From positions 5,551-69,550 of the forward strand of contig CAWGPW010000010.1 in assembly GCA_963824555.1 (NCBI GenBank): a stretch of DNA of 64,000 bases, given 5' to 3'. Both the position numbers and the translations under genes were made by a program. Numbering within the stretch: position 1 is the stretch's first letter; the number at the start of each line of letters is the position of its first letter. This stretch comes from an uncultured delta proteobacterium. Its GTDB lineage: Bacteria; Myxococcota_A; Polyangia; Fen-1088. This document shows, in pieces, positions 46,963-57,163 of the stretch. The notes under the pieces were generated by a model. That model was not told the DNA's origin, did not search any database, and saw nothing but the letters and a program-made list of their open reading frames with translations.

Positions 46963-47332
46963 GTACGTCACCCGCCGGAGCCCGGCCGTCCTCTTCTGCG
47001 AAGGCCGGCGCTGGCTACGAGCAGTCCGACAATCGGCAACATTCTGGTCGACCCGCGAGCGATGCCGCGCGGCAAGAGCAACCGGAGGGTTTACTGCCAC
47101 CGGTGTGGAAGACGAGCAAGTCGTGTTCCTGCTCGTCTCCGGCCACGCACATTTTGATCCCAAGGACCCAAAGAGAGTCGGAACGACTAACGCGAACCCA
47201 GCGATACGAGACTTTGTGCGGATTTACACACAAACAGAGCTCGGCCGAGATCAAAAATCGAAGATCCGGAGATTTAGGACTAATGCCACTTGCGCCTACC
47301 TATAACCATGCCCTGACCCCAAGGAAATACTC

Positions 47333-49375
47333 ATGAAGATGCGTCCGCTTGCCATCTACACCTCGTCCCTCGCCATCCTGGCGGTTGGCCTGGCCGGCTG
47401 CTCATCGACGGCAGGGACAGGTCGACCTGGAACCGGAGGAAAGAGCGGAACCGGCGGGCTCCTCGCCAGCGGCGGGACCAATGGCTTGGGGGGGGCGCCA
47501 AGCACGGGGGGGACGACCAGCAGTGGCTCGGGCTCGGGTGGAGCCACCACGACCCCTGGCTCGGGCGGGCACGGCGATGGATCGGCAGGCGTGGGCGGAA
47601 TGTCCGTGGGCGGAACGAGTGGTGGCAGCGGTGGCACATCCAGCGGTGGAACAGGTGGTGGCAGCGGTGCCACGTCCAGCGGCGGCGTGTCTACCGGCGG
47701 CAGCGGCGGCGCGATGCTGACCGGCGGAGCCATCGCGACAGGCGGCACGACCCTCGGGGGGGCCACAGGTGGCACGATGACAGGGAGCGGAGGCGCGACG
47801 ACCGCAGGGAGCGCAGGCGGCGTGACCTCCGCGACAGGCGGAAGCACGGGCTCGGGCGGCGCCGCTGCCGGAGGGGCCACCGGGACTGGTGGCACCACGG
47901 GAACCCCCAGTGCCGCGACGCTGGTCGCCTGTCCTGATCTGCCAGGTGCGACGAAGAGTCCGCTCTATTCGGTGACCGTTGGTGGCACTCCCCTATTCGT
48001 GGAGAAGCTGACCAAGTTCTCCCCGGAGATGCAGGTACACTACGCTTCCGGTTCACTTTCGGGGACCGGCACTGCGACGGTCGCGGTGACGGTGAGCGAG
48101 AGCTTCAACTCGTTCACGGTAAGCCCCAAGAGCCGAAATCTCTCCGTCACGAAGAGCGGAAACACGATCACGTTCAACACCGGCCCCAACTACCTGATCC
48201 TTCAGTTCGACTCGAAGGAGCTGCTGTTCATCTTGCTCGATGCCGAGGAAGCCAATCCACCGAAGGTCGGCGACTCCAATGTGAAAAGCCTCGCGGACTA
48301 CACGGTCGACAACACCGGCGCGTCGCTGATGACTTCGAAGATCCAGTCGGCAATAGACGCCGCTTCGGGTGCCACCCAGAACATCCTCTATGTACCCCCG
48401 GGAAAGTACAAGGTTGGCGAATTGTGGCTCAAGAGCAACATGACGATGTATCTCGCTTGCGGCGCCATTCTCTATGGCTCTAGCTCCACCGGCGACTTCA
48501 ACACCGGCAGCGGCGGGATCAACATCGAAGGGATGCAGCACTCGTTGATCCGGATGTATCAGGTCACGAATACGAAGCTCTTGGGTCGAGGGGTTCTCGA
48601 CGCCAATGGACTCGCAATCCGCGCCGCAGGTCTCAATGCCAGCCTGCTGAAGATCGACCAGAGCTCCAATATTACTGTGGATGGGGTTGTGGTGAGAGAT
48701 TCGAGCTACTGGAATACGCTGAGCTATAAAAGCGATCAGGTCACCATTCAGAATTACAAGGTCATCAATTGCCGGCCCAATTCCGGCTACAACAACACCG
48801 ACGGCGTCGATTTCGTTGACTCCACGAATTGCACCCTATACAACGCCTTCCTCTATACTGGCGATGACGGTATGGCTCCGAAGAACGAGGATACTAACAA
48901 CACCAAGAACCTCACGCACCAACACATCGTGGTCTACAACAATTCCGTGGGCTGCAAGATCGGCACGAACAGCCTGGGCCAGTCGATGGACAGCATCGTC
49001 TTCAAGGACATCGATGTTGTAAAGGCCGGGCGAGCCATGACCATCGAGGCCTATGATACGGCTGTGGTGAGTAACGCGACCTTCGAGGACGTCCGCGTCG
49101 AAGCTGCGGACAGCATGCTCATCAATCTGGCGCTGGATTCACCGCCGACCTGGCGGACCGCCGCCGATACGGGCGTCTACAAGGATACGTACTTCACCAA
49201 CGTGAGCTCGGACGTTAAGAAGGTCATCAGCCTCCATGGAGAGTCGTCGTCCGTGAACATCACGGGCGTTCACTTCAAGAACCTCACGATCCAGGGCAAG
49301 ACCATCACCAGCCAAACCGACTCGAATGCGAGCTGGGACATCAACGCCTACGTCTCGGGTATCACGTTCCAATAA
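47333..49375 (+). CDS. GH28-like/pectin-lyase-fold beta-helix lipoprotein
   Basis: Lipobox LAGC, GS linker, IQSAID, LYVPPGKY, LWLKSN, GRGVLD, NTDGVD, TGDD, KIGT; no GHG motif. Confidence 0.72.
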   Translation: MKMRPLAIYTSSLAILAVGLAGCSSTAGTGRPGTGGKSGTGGLLASGGTNGLGGAPSTGGTTSSGSGSGGATTTPGSGGHGDGSAGVGGMSVGGTSGGSGGTSSGGTGGGSGATSSGGVSTGGSGGAMLTGGAIATGGTTLGGATGGTMTGSGGATTAGSAGGVTSATGGSTGSGGAAAGGATGTGGTTGTPSAATLVACPDLPGATKSPLYSVTVGGTPLFVEKLTKFSPEMQVHYASGSLSGTGTATVAVTVSESFNSFTVSPKSRNLSVTKSGNTITFNTGPNYLILQFDSKELLFILLDAEEANPPKVGDSNVKSLADYTVDNTGASLMTSKIQSAIDAASGATQNILYVPPGKYKVGELWLKSNMTMYLACGAILYGSSSTGDFNTGSGGINIEGMQHSLIRMYQVTNTKLLGRGVLDANGLAIRAAGLNASLLKIDQSSNITVDGVVVRDSSYWNTLSYKSDQVTIQNYKVINCRPNSGYNNTDGVDFVDSTNCTLYNAFLYTGDDGMAPKNEDTNNTKNLTHQHIVVYNNSVGCKIGTNSLGQSMDSIVFKDIDVVKAGRAMTIEAYDTAVVSNATFEDVRVEAADSMLINLALDSPPTWRTAADTGVYKDTYFTNVSSDVKKVISLHGESSSVNITGVHFKNLTIQGKTITSQTDSNASWDINAYVSGITFQ

Positions 49376-49383
49376 AGGATGTT

Positions 49384-51108
49384 ATGAGGAAACACATTGC
49401 AACGGCCCTGGGTATTGCCCTGCCACTCCTTTCGATCAGTCAGGCCTTGGCGCAGACCGCGACGGTCACGCTCAGTAGCCAGAAGCAGTATATCCGTGGT
49501 TTCGGCGGCATGGTCCATATCCCTTGGGCCGGAGACCTAACCGCCGCTGAGCGAACCCTCGCCTTCGGGACTGCTGATGGGCAACTCGGCCTTACCGTTC
49601 TGCGAATTGCTGTGCCCGACAGCAACACCAGTGACACGAGCTACGTGGCTACCGCCAAGGTGGCGATTGCGAACGGTGGCATCGTCTACGCGACGCCATG
49701 GAACAGCAGTGGGTCGATGAACTCCTCCGACTTCGCGACCTATGCGAATCATCTGAGTAGCTTCGCCTCCACGATGAAAGCCCAAGGCGTTGGTCTATTC
49801 GCCATCGGCACCCAAAACGAACCCGATTATGGGTCGCAAGGTGGCTGGAAGGTATGGACCGCAGCTCAATGCCATGACTTTATGCTGAACTATGGCGACC
49901 AGGTTGGGACAAAGCTCATCACCTGCGAGTCGTTCAACTATGCCAAGAGCCTCTACGATCCGATCCTCAACGACTCCGCCGCGGTGGCGAAGATGGGCGT
50001 TTTGGGTACTCACCTTTACGGTACGTCCGTGAGCAGCTACGCCTATCCGCTCTTCGATTCAAAGGGGGCCGGAAAAGAGCGTTGGATGACCGAGCACTAT
50101 ACGGACAGCACGAGCGACGCGAATGCGTGGCCCAACGCCTTGGGCGTTGCGACAGAAATACACAACGCCATGGTGACCGGCCAGTTCAACGCGTACACCT
50201 GGTGGTACATCAAGCGGAGTTATGGTCCGATCAACAATGGTGCGGTCACCAAGCGCGGCTGGTGCATGGCACACTGGTCGAGATTCGTCCGACCTGGCTT
50301 CTACCGAGTGGACGCGACGGCCTCTCCGACGTCCGGGGTGTCCCTTTCTGCATACAAGAGCGATACGGATGTTGTTCTTGTCGCCGTCAATACGAGCTCG
50401 TCGACGCAGTCGATCACAGTCTCGATCAATGGCTCGACGATCTCTTCCTACGACAAGTTCACCACATCGAGCAGCAAGAATCTGGCCAGCGACGGCAAGG
50501 TCACTGCTTCGAATGGTACGGTAACGCTTTCCTTGGATGGGTCGAGTGTCACCACCGTGCACGGTACGGGCACCATCACCGGCGCCGGCGGTTCATCTGG
50601 CAGCGGCGGTTCATCTGGCAGCGGCGGTTCATCTGGCGCCGGCGGTTCATCTGGTAGCGGGGGGGCTTCTGGCAGTGGGGGGTTCTTGGGCAGCGGGGGG
50701 GCTTCTGGCAGCGGCGGTGCGAGGGACGGTGGTCCGGATGCAAGAGATGGAGGAGCAGACGGGGGGATTCCGGGAAGCGGAGGTATGCAGGCGGTTGGTG
50801 GCGGCTTGGGCAGTGGCGGCGCGCAGGGGAGTGGTGGCGCGGTCGGGGCTGGTAGCTCGGGCAGTGGCGGCACCGGCGCTAGGGGCGGCAGTGGTGGCGA
50901 GAACTCCGGTGGGACGCAGAGCAGCGTTGTTTCTGGCGGACAAGGTGGAGCTTCCGCCTCCGGCGGTTCCTCTATGGGTAGCAGCTCTGCCAATGGGTGC
51001 AGCTGCGCCGTTGGCGGCCATGCCGCGCGCTCCGCTTCTCAGGTGGCGACACTCTTGCTAGCCGCGCTCGAGCTCATTCTCCGTCGCCATAGACGACCGC
51101 GCCTTTGA
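49384..51108 (+). CDS. GH30_8-like glucuronoxylanase with GS linker and MYXO-CTERM-like tail
   Basis: QYIRGFGG, ATPWN, QNEPDY (acid/base), WMTEHY (nucleophile), AYTWWYIKRSYGP, SRFVRPG; C-terminal GCSCAVG, hydrophobic stretch, RRHRR. Confidence 0.88.
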   Translation: MRKHIATALGIALPLLSISQALAQTATVTLSSQKQYIRGFGGMVHIPWAGDLTAAERTLAFGTADGQLGLTVLRIAVPDSNTSDTSYVATAKVAIANGGIVYATPWNSSGSMNSSDFATYANHLSSFASTMKAQGVGLFAIGTQNEPDYGSQGGWKVWTAAQCHDFMLNYGDQVGTKLITCESFNYAKSLYDPILNDSAAVAKMGVLGTHLYGTSVSSYAYPLFDSKGAGKERWMTEHYTDSTSDANAWPNALGVATEIHNAMVTGQFNAYTWWYIKRSYGPINNGAVTKRGWCMAHWSRFVRPGFYRVDATASPTSGVSLSAYKSDTDVVLVAVNTSSSTQSITVSINGSTISSYDKFTTSSSKNLASDGKVTASNGTVTLSLDGSSVTTVHGTGTITGAGGSSGSGGSSGSGGSSGAGGSSGSGGASGSGGFLGSGGASGSGGARDGGPDARDGGADGGIPGSGGMQAVGGGLGSGGAQGSGGAVGAGSSGSGGTGARGGSGGENSGGTQSSVVSGGQGGASASGGSSMGSSSANGCSCAVGGHAARSASQVATLLLAALELILRRHRRPRL

Positions 51109-51157
51109 CAGCCAGGCGGTCCGCGGCATGGTCGCGTCGGTTCGGGGCTCCTAGCTA

Positions 51158-52895
51158 CTACAGCACGTACGTGCACGTGCTCGTACAAAACTGTCCAGGC
51201 TGCCCGTTGTTGCTGCCGAGGTCGTACTCCTCACCCAAGGAGGAATCGACGATGCCATCGCCGCAGAAGTGCGGCTTCGTGCAGCCGAGCGTGCATCCAT
51301 CTTGGCCGTCGCTTGCACCGTTGCTTGGGCCATTGTCGCACTCCTCGGGGCCGTTCACGATGCCGTCGCCGCAAAAAGCCCCGAACTCGCACGCGGTGGT
51401 GCAGCCGCCATAGGTGGTGTCGTTGTTCGGCCCCACGCATTCGGCGGATAGCGCGGTCGAGCCATCGCCGCAATCGCATTCCTCAGCCCCTGACACGATG
51501 CCGTCGCCGCAGCGGGGCGAGCAGTCGGACCTCTTGGTCGTGTAGCCATTCAGGGTGAGCTGGTAGTTCGACTCGGGCGGGTGGCGGTCGGCGCCGAAGA
51601 TGGCAATCTCGTACACCTTGCCGGTGACCAGTCCGAGCTTGACGGTGCGAACCCGGAAGTCGTCGGGGCTCGCGGCGGTCGGGCCCGTCGCGTTGGTCGG
51701 CGAGCATGCGCTCGATCCCGCGCTCGCCCCGGTGATGTTCCCGGCTGCATCGAGACAGCCGCCTTCCGTGACCGTGGCGTCGCCGGGCGAGCCGGAGATC
51801 GTGAGCTTGCCAGGCAATTGCTGGTGAACGCCGCCGAGATCGAGGACCAGAATGCCGTTGATGAAAATGAAGAGATCGTCATCGCCGTAGAAGCTGACCG
51901 AAGTGCCGGCGGCCCCGTCGTAGACGAAGTAGGAACGCGCTTCATCGGTGAAGTACGAATCGTGCTTGACGCCCGTCACGTTGGCGACCCAGCAGCCGTT
52001 GTCGAGGGTCGCTCCGCTCCCGCAATCCCCTGCGACAATGCGCGGTGGGAAGAGGTATTGGTCGCCTTGGCAGGTGCTCCAGATGGGAGTGCCGTCGCCG
52101 TGGTTCCAGTAGGGCGAGAGGTCGCACAAGGTGGCTTGGCCGGGATTCAGGGCATCGAGGGGGAAGAAGCCGCCCTGGGCAAGGTGCGACGTGCTGGCGT
52201 ACTGGTAGATGTTCGTACCGATGGATTTCATTTCGAGCACCCCGGTGAAGGTCGTGTTCACCGAGGGATCGTCGTTGAACCATTGCTTGAAGCTGCTCGC
52301 GTCTTTGTAGGCAGGCACTGTCCCTTTCCAGATCGGGCCACCCGGTGAGCCCGTTGTGAACCCAGTCAAGGTGCCGGACAACACACCAGCGTTGCCCTTC
52401 ACGTTGACGACCGTGCCGGGGGAATTGCCGAGGTAGCCGCCGTTTCCGTCGGAGAGAGGACTGTCGTTGTTGGCCTCGGTGTAGCCACCAGGGATGCGGC
52501 CCGAATTGCCGATGTTCCAATCGCTGAACTGGCATGCGCAGGTCTTGGTGGCGCCCGGCTGGGGTTTGCCGTAGGCGAGGGTGTCGGCCACGATGCCCCA
52601 GCAGCGCGCAGTCGAGTCGTTGCCGTGGGAAGGCCCGGCCGAGTCTGGAACGCAAATGGTCGTGGGCGACGTGGAATTGCCCGCCTTTGTGCCGAGGAAG
52701 AAGAAATCCGGATGGCCGCCAGAGGCGACGTTCTCGGGCTGGAAGTCGCGGTAGATAACCGACAATTCGAGGCACTGCCCCGCGCCCGACTGACAAGGTG
52801 AAGATGCCTGGGCCGTCACCGTTGAGCAAATGAAACCGGCTTCCAGCCTGCACGTCGAGGAGCAACCGTCGCCGTTCAACTGATTTCCGTCGTCG
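51158..52895 (-). CDS. Fibro-slime domain protein with myxobacterial Cys-rich (DUF4215-like) repeats; N-terminus appears truncated
   Basis: DCDDGNQLNGDGCS, VIYRDF, HPDF, FKQWF, GGFFPLD, YFTDE, FYGDDDLFIFING..LDLGGVH, ADRH, CGDGIV..EECD repeats; no signal peptide or convincing start. Confidence 0.8.
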
Positions 52896-52930
52896 CAGTC
52901 TGGTCATTGGTGCAACGACCGAGAACAAAC

Positions 52931-54070
52931 CTAACCGCCCTTCACCGGCGACTTGCCGATTGTCTCGAGCCACTGCCGCGCCCACGCGGCGTGAGCGCCA
53001 CTCGGGAATCGATTGAGGTAGCGCTGCAAGTCCTCGGTGGCGCCGGATGTCTTTCCCGATTTTGCCCGGCACGCGCCACGTCCATAGAGAATTCTTTCCA
53101 GGAGCGCGGCGTCCGGGCTATGCGAGAGCGCCAAGCTGAAATCCTCGTCGGCCCGTGTACAGTCTGTCCGGGCACGCAGCTCGGCGCGGACCACCTGCAG
53201 CTCCGTCGAGCGGCGACCGCTGTCGAGTGGCAGTGTCTCGAGCGCGGCCAGTGCCTCGTCCGTGCGCCGGAGGAGGAGGAGGGCATCCACGCTCGCCAAG
53301 CGCGCCTCCCGGTGAAGAACGCCGTGCGGGTAGCGGTCGAGATAGGTGTCGAGCGCCGCAAGCGCTGCCGCGGCGTCGTGATCCCGGCGCAACATCGCGA
53401 TGGCGCGATCGAGGGCATGGATCTCTTGTGAGGGCGCGGGCGGCGATGCACTGGCGGTCCCCCCCACGGCGGGCCGGTCGGTCGGGGGAACGATCGGCGC
53501 CGGCTCGAACGGATCGTGTTTCGGAGTCGTGGGGGGCGGGGCAAAGGCCGGTACCTCGACCGAGGACGCGCGGCGCGAAGATCCTGCCTGCCTGCGACGC
53601 GGCTCGCTCGGCACGGCTTCAGGCTCCGGGGCACGCTTGGGCCCCAAGGTGGCCGGCTGGTTCGCGACCGTGTTTTGGTCGATGAGCATGGGCGGGCGCG
53701 CAGGGGCAACCGCCGCTGACCGACCAAGCCGCCTCGCCGATCGGGACGGGGAGGGCGCTTGGGGCGGAAGCGCCGCACCGTAGATCCGGTCGAACCAGCC
53801 CGCACGTCGGGCCAGCTCATAGGCCTTCACCGTTGCTGCGGCCAAGAAAAGGGAGAGGGCTGCCAGGGCCACACGCAGCGCGAGGGAGGGGCGCGAGCGA
53901 TGAGAAGCACGTGCCCAAATGGCCCGCTCGATGCGCGCCAACTGCGATTCGTCGGGTTCAGCGCAGGCACCCAATTCGCGAATGAACCCGGCGGCACGGT
54001 CCTCGGGAGCCGTTCCGCCGGGCGGGCGGTCGCGGAGGCGCGACAGTCTGTCCCGTCCGTCTTGCTTCAT
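52931..54070 (-). CDS. Putative anti-sigma factor (TM segment, Pro linker, TPR C-terminus)
   Basis: ATGA overlap with the ECF sigma gene; TM segment; LDTYLDRYPHG..HREA, ILYGRGAC, YLNRFPSG. Confidence 0.7.
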   Translation of the reverse strand: MKQDGRDRLSRLRDRPPGGTAPEDRAAGFIRELGACAEPDESQLARIERAIWARASHRSRPSLALRVALAALSLFLAAATVKAYELARRAGWFDRIYGAALPPQAPSPSRSARRLGRSAAVAPARPPMLIDQNTVANQPATLGPKRAPEPEAVPSEPRRRQAGSSRRASSVEVPAFAPPPTTPKHDPFEPAPIVPPTDRPAVGGTASASPPAPSQEIHALDRAIAMLRRDHDAAAALAALDTYLDRYPHGVLHREARLASVDALLLLRRTDEALAALETLPLDSGRRSTELQVVRAELRARTDCTRADEDFSLALSHSPDAALLERILYGRGACRAKSGKTSGATEDLQRYLNRFPSGAHAAWARQWLETIGKSPVKGG

Positions 54071-54636
54071 GACTTCTCCCTCTCTTCCCATGCGCGCATT
54101 CGCTCCATGAACTTGCGCCGCGCGCGACTCAGGCGAACCCACACGGCGTTGACTTGGGTGCCGGTGACCTCGGCGATCTGCGCACCCGAGAGTCCCTCGA
54201 TCTCGAACAGAATGAAGGTTGTGCGCTGTGCCTCGCTGAGCTCGTCGAGCAGCTGGTAGAAGATATGCGTCCGTTCACGAGCTTCCAGAAGTGCATGCGG
54301 ATCGCTCGGCGATTCGGCCGTGGCGAGCATCGACTTGTGCTCGCGCCCGCGGCCGGGACTCTGTCCGCGCCCCGTCGCCCATGACCACCAGCGCGCGCGC
54401 ATGCGACAGCGCTGGACGACTCGTACGGTGATTCCATACAGCCACGTCGTGATCTCGGCTTCCCCTCGAAATTCCGGCAAGCGGCGCCGAACGACCAAGA
54501 AGACGTCCTGGACCACGTCTTCGAAGTCCGCCCTGGGGCCGAGCAGCCGACTGGCCCAGCGAGCGACGGTTCTGGCGTGCGCGCGGTACACCGATTCGAA
54601 CGATGGCCGTGCGAAGCCTACCTTGGTCTCCGACAT
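54067..54636 (-). CDS. ECF RNA polymerase sigma factor
   Basis: FESVYRAH, EDVVQDVFL, TTWLYGI, FILFEIEGLSGAQIAE, VWVRLSRAR; start approximate. Confidence 0.9.
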   Translation of the reverse strand: MSETKVGFARPSFESVYRAHARTVARWASRLLGPRADFEDVVQDVFLVVRRRLPEFRGEAEITTWLYGITVRVVQRCRMRARWWSWATGRGQSPGRGREHKSMLATAESPSDPHALLEARERTHIFYQLLDELSEAQRTTFILFEIEGLSGAQIAEVTGTQVNAVWVRLSRARRKFMERMRAWEEREKS

Positions 54637-54715
54637 TTCGGTTGGGGATGCATCGGGGGTGGCGAGGCTGACTCGAGACACGACACCCTTTATGTGCGGC
54701 GACCCCACGCCAACC

Positions 54716-55636
54716 TTACCTTTCCGAAGGAAATCCTCCGAAGGCCAGACCGATGCTCGCAAGTCCCTGATAGTGCGGGATTTCTTGCTGTGGCATGTTG
54801 GGTTGGCCATACACAACCTGCCTGCGAGGCCAATAGCTGGTCGACAACCCCACCCAGACGGAAATGTGGCGCGTTATCTTTCTGGACAGACGCGCACCTG
54901 CTGCTCCACCCGGAGAGAATGAATAATCCGAGTGGTTTTGGACAAATCCGGAGCCACTCGCCGCCAGCCAGCCGAGCGTCAGTCCGCCGTGGAGATCCAG
55001 TGCCCACGCGCCGCGCGGAAGCCGCCAGTCGAATTCTGCGCTGCCGGCCCAGCGCCGCCAAATCGCTTGTCCTGGCTGGGCGCTGGTGGCCAGGTCGAGC
55101 GTGCGCGCCGATTCGACGGTCGCCGAAAGACACAGGCCGGGACCCGCGCCACGCGGAAACCAGCCCATGGCCAGGTTGCCCGCCAGCGCGGGAGAGCCGG
55201 ACCACGACAAGGAGAGACCCGCCGCGCCCTCGTAGAAGGCGGGGACTTTGGGCGCCGGTGGCGATAGCGTGGCGGTCGTATTCTCCGTCCGAGCGGCAGA
55301 CATGGGCTCCGCCTGGGGGCGCGTGAACTCGGGGTGGACATCGCTCTCCCAGCTTGCAATGACCACGGCGATGAGCTCGGCCAACTCGGCGCACGCGCCC
55401 GTGTCGTCGATCCAGCGCTCGGCGATCACGGCTGCGTCGGTGCCGACCAGCACGACTTGCAGCAGGTTGCCTCGTCTGAAGACGTGCGCCGTGTCCGGCC
55501 GGACCGTTTCGGAAATCGATGGCAGCATCGAGGCCAGCGCCTGTTCGACGTCATGGCCCGACGGACAGGCCGCGGACTCGACCTGCACCGGGAGTGCGGC
55601 GACGAGTACTGCGCCGAAGAGAGAGGCGAGCATCAT
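54716..55636 (-). CDS. Exported protein (Cys-pair N-domain and beta-barrel-like C-terminus), same architecture as 45737..46778
   Basis: Signal peptide, ACPS...ERWI..GACAELAELIAVVIA, amphipathic beta-strands. Confidence 0.65.
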   Translation of the reverse strand: MMLASLFGAVLVAALPVQVESAACPSGHDVEQALASMLPSISETVRPDTAHVFRRGNLLQVVLVGTDAAVIAERWIDDTGACAELAELIAVVIASWESDVHPEFTRPQAEPMSAARTENTTATLSPPAPKVPAFYEGAAGLSLSWSGSPALAGNLAMGWFPRGAGPGLCLSATVESARTLDLATSAQPGQAIWRRWAGSAEFDWRLPRGAWALDLHGGLTLGWLAASGSGFVQNHSDYSFSPGGAAGARLSRKITRHISVWVGLSTSYWPRRQVVYGQPNMPQQEIPHYQGLASIGLAFGGFPSER

Positions 55637-55778
55637 GCGGTCGGCCTAGCTAGGTGGCGTGTGAGGCGCAATCATCCTGGTCCCAGGATGCCACCATACA
55701 TCAAAGTTGCTCGCCGCGGCCAGCGGAGCCTCCTGGCACAACAATGCGAGCGAGCTTCGACGGACCGAGGGGCGCCGA

Positions 55779-57161
55779 TCAAATGGGGATGTGGATGAAG
55801 AAGGTCGTGCCCTTCCCCATTTCGGTCTTGAACGTCAGGGTGCCTTCGTGCTCATCGACGATCACCGACCGCGCCAGCGCCAGTCCCTGCCCGGTTCCTT
55901 TTCCGACCTCCTTCGTCGTGAAGAAGGGTTCGAAGATTTTGCTGTGCAGATCCGCCGGGATGCCGGTCCCGGTATCGCTGATGGCGACCACCGCGTGATT
56001 CTGCTCGCGATACGTCCGCACGCCGATGACCCCGCGTTGCCCCCCGTTGCCGACCACGTCGCCGATCGCGTGTGCGGCATTGACGAGAAGATTCAGGAAG
56101 ACTTGGTTGAGATCGCTCAGAAAACAGGGAACCAGCGGAAGGTCGCCGAATTCGGTCTCTACCGTCGCTACGTACTTGAGCTCGTTGCTGGCCACGGTCA
56201 AGGTGTTGCGTAAGGCCAGATTGAGATCGGCGGGCTCTTTCTCGTCCCGGTCGGGGTGCGCGAAGGCCTTCATCGACTGAACGATCTTGGCGACGCGTCC
56301 AACCCCATCCAAGGTTGCCACAATGGAAGTGGGGATGTTCGCCCGGAGGTATTCGAGATCGGCGAGATCCTCCTCATGCTTGATCCGGGCAATGTCCTCG
56401 GTGGATACCCTGCCGCCAGGGGATCGCTTGCACACGTCCTGGTAGCAGGCACTGAGAGAGAGCAGTTGCTCGAATGCGCTCGAAAGGAAATTGACATTGT
56501 CCCCAACGAACTGAATCGGTGTGTTGATCTCGTGGGCGATGCCCGCGGCCAGACGGCCGACCGACTCCAGCTTTTGCGAATGGCGCAGCTCGATTTCCAA
56601 ACGCGTCCTCTCGGTGACGTCCTCCACCGTGACGATGACCATCTGGGCCTTCCCATCACGGCCCCGCACGGACGTCAGCCCGACGTTGACGAGAAGCGAA
56701 CGGCCATCCTTGGCCACCATCCGCCTCTGGGTTCGATTGCTGCGCTGGGTTCCTTCGACAATGTCGACATAGGCTGCCCGGCTCTCCGCAACGTCCTCGG
56801 ATGACAGGAAGCTCAAATAGCTCTTGCCCAGCAATTCTTCTCTCGAGAAGCCGAAGAGCTCCTCGAGAGCACAATTGATATCGACAATTCGTCCTTCGGG
56901 ATCGAGCGTACCCATGGCCACGGGGGCGCTGCGAAAGATGTTGTTGAGCTTGTCGCGCTCCTCCGAAAGCTTGGCGTTGAGCTCCTGCATTTCGCTGGAG
57001 GCCAGTTGGATCGAGTGTTCGTTCAGGTAGCGCTCGCGGTCGAAGGCGGCATAGCTGTCGCTGATCCAGTCGATGATCTCCCGCCACGCTTCCAGAGACG
57101 GCGGAGTTTCACGTTCGAGAAAGAGCCGGCGTAGTTGTCGTGCCAGGTGGCGATGGACCAT
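55779..57161 (-). CDS. PAS-domain histidine kinase (NtrB/HoxJ-like)
   Basis: Has its own start MVHRHLARQLRR; PAS; GRLAAGIAHEINTP, LNQVFLNLLVNA, DTGTG, FEPFFTTK, GTGQGL. Confidence 0.88.
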   Translation of the reverse strand: MVHRHLARQLRRLFLERETPPSLEAWREIIDWISDSYAAFDRERYLNEHSIQLASSEMQELNAKLSEERDKLNNIFRSAPVAMGTLDPEGRIVDINCALEELFGFSREELLGKSYLSFLSSEDVAESRAAYVDIVEGTQRSNRTQRRMVAKDGRSLLVNVGLTSVRGRDGKAQMVIVTVEDVTERTRLEIELRHSQKLESVGRLAAGIAHEINTPIQFVGDNVNFLSSAFEQLLSLSACYQDVCKRSPGGRVSTEDIARIKHEEDLADLEYLRANIPTSIVATLDGVGRVAKIVQSMKAFAHPDRDEKEPADLNLALRNTLTVASNELKYVATVETEFGDLPLVPCFLSDLNQVFLNLLVNAAHAIGDVVGNGGQRGVIGVRTYREQNHAVVAISDTGTGIPADLHSKIFEPFFTTKEVGKGTGQGLALARSVIVDEHEGTLTFKTEMGKGTTFFIHIPI

Positions 57162-57163
57162 CG

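Noticed and set aside
2240-51000. Short tandem repeats (around 2320-2500, 5276-5331, 14739-14840, 50587-50715) as CRISPR arrays
   Set aside because: They are in-frame multiples of 3 encoding Gly/Ser linkers, with no unique spacers and no cas genes.
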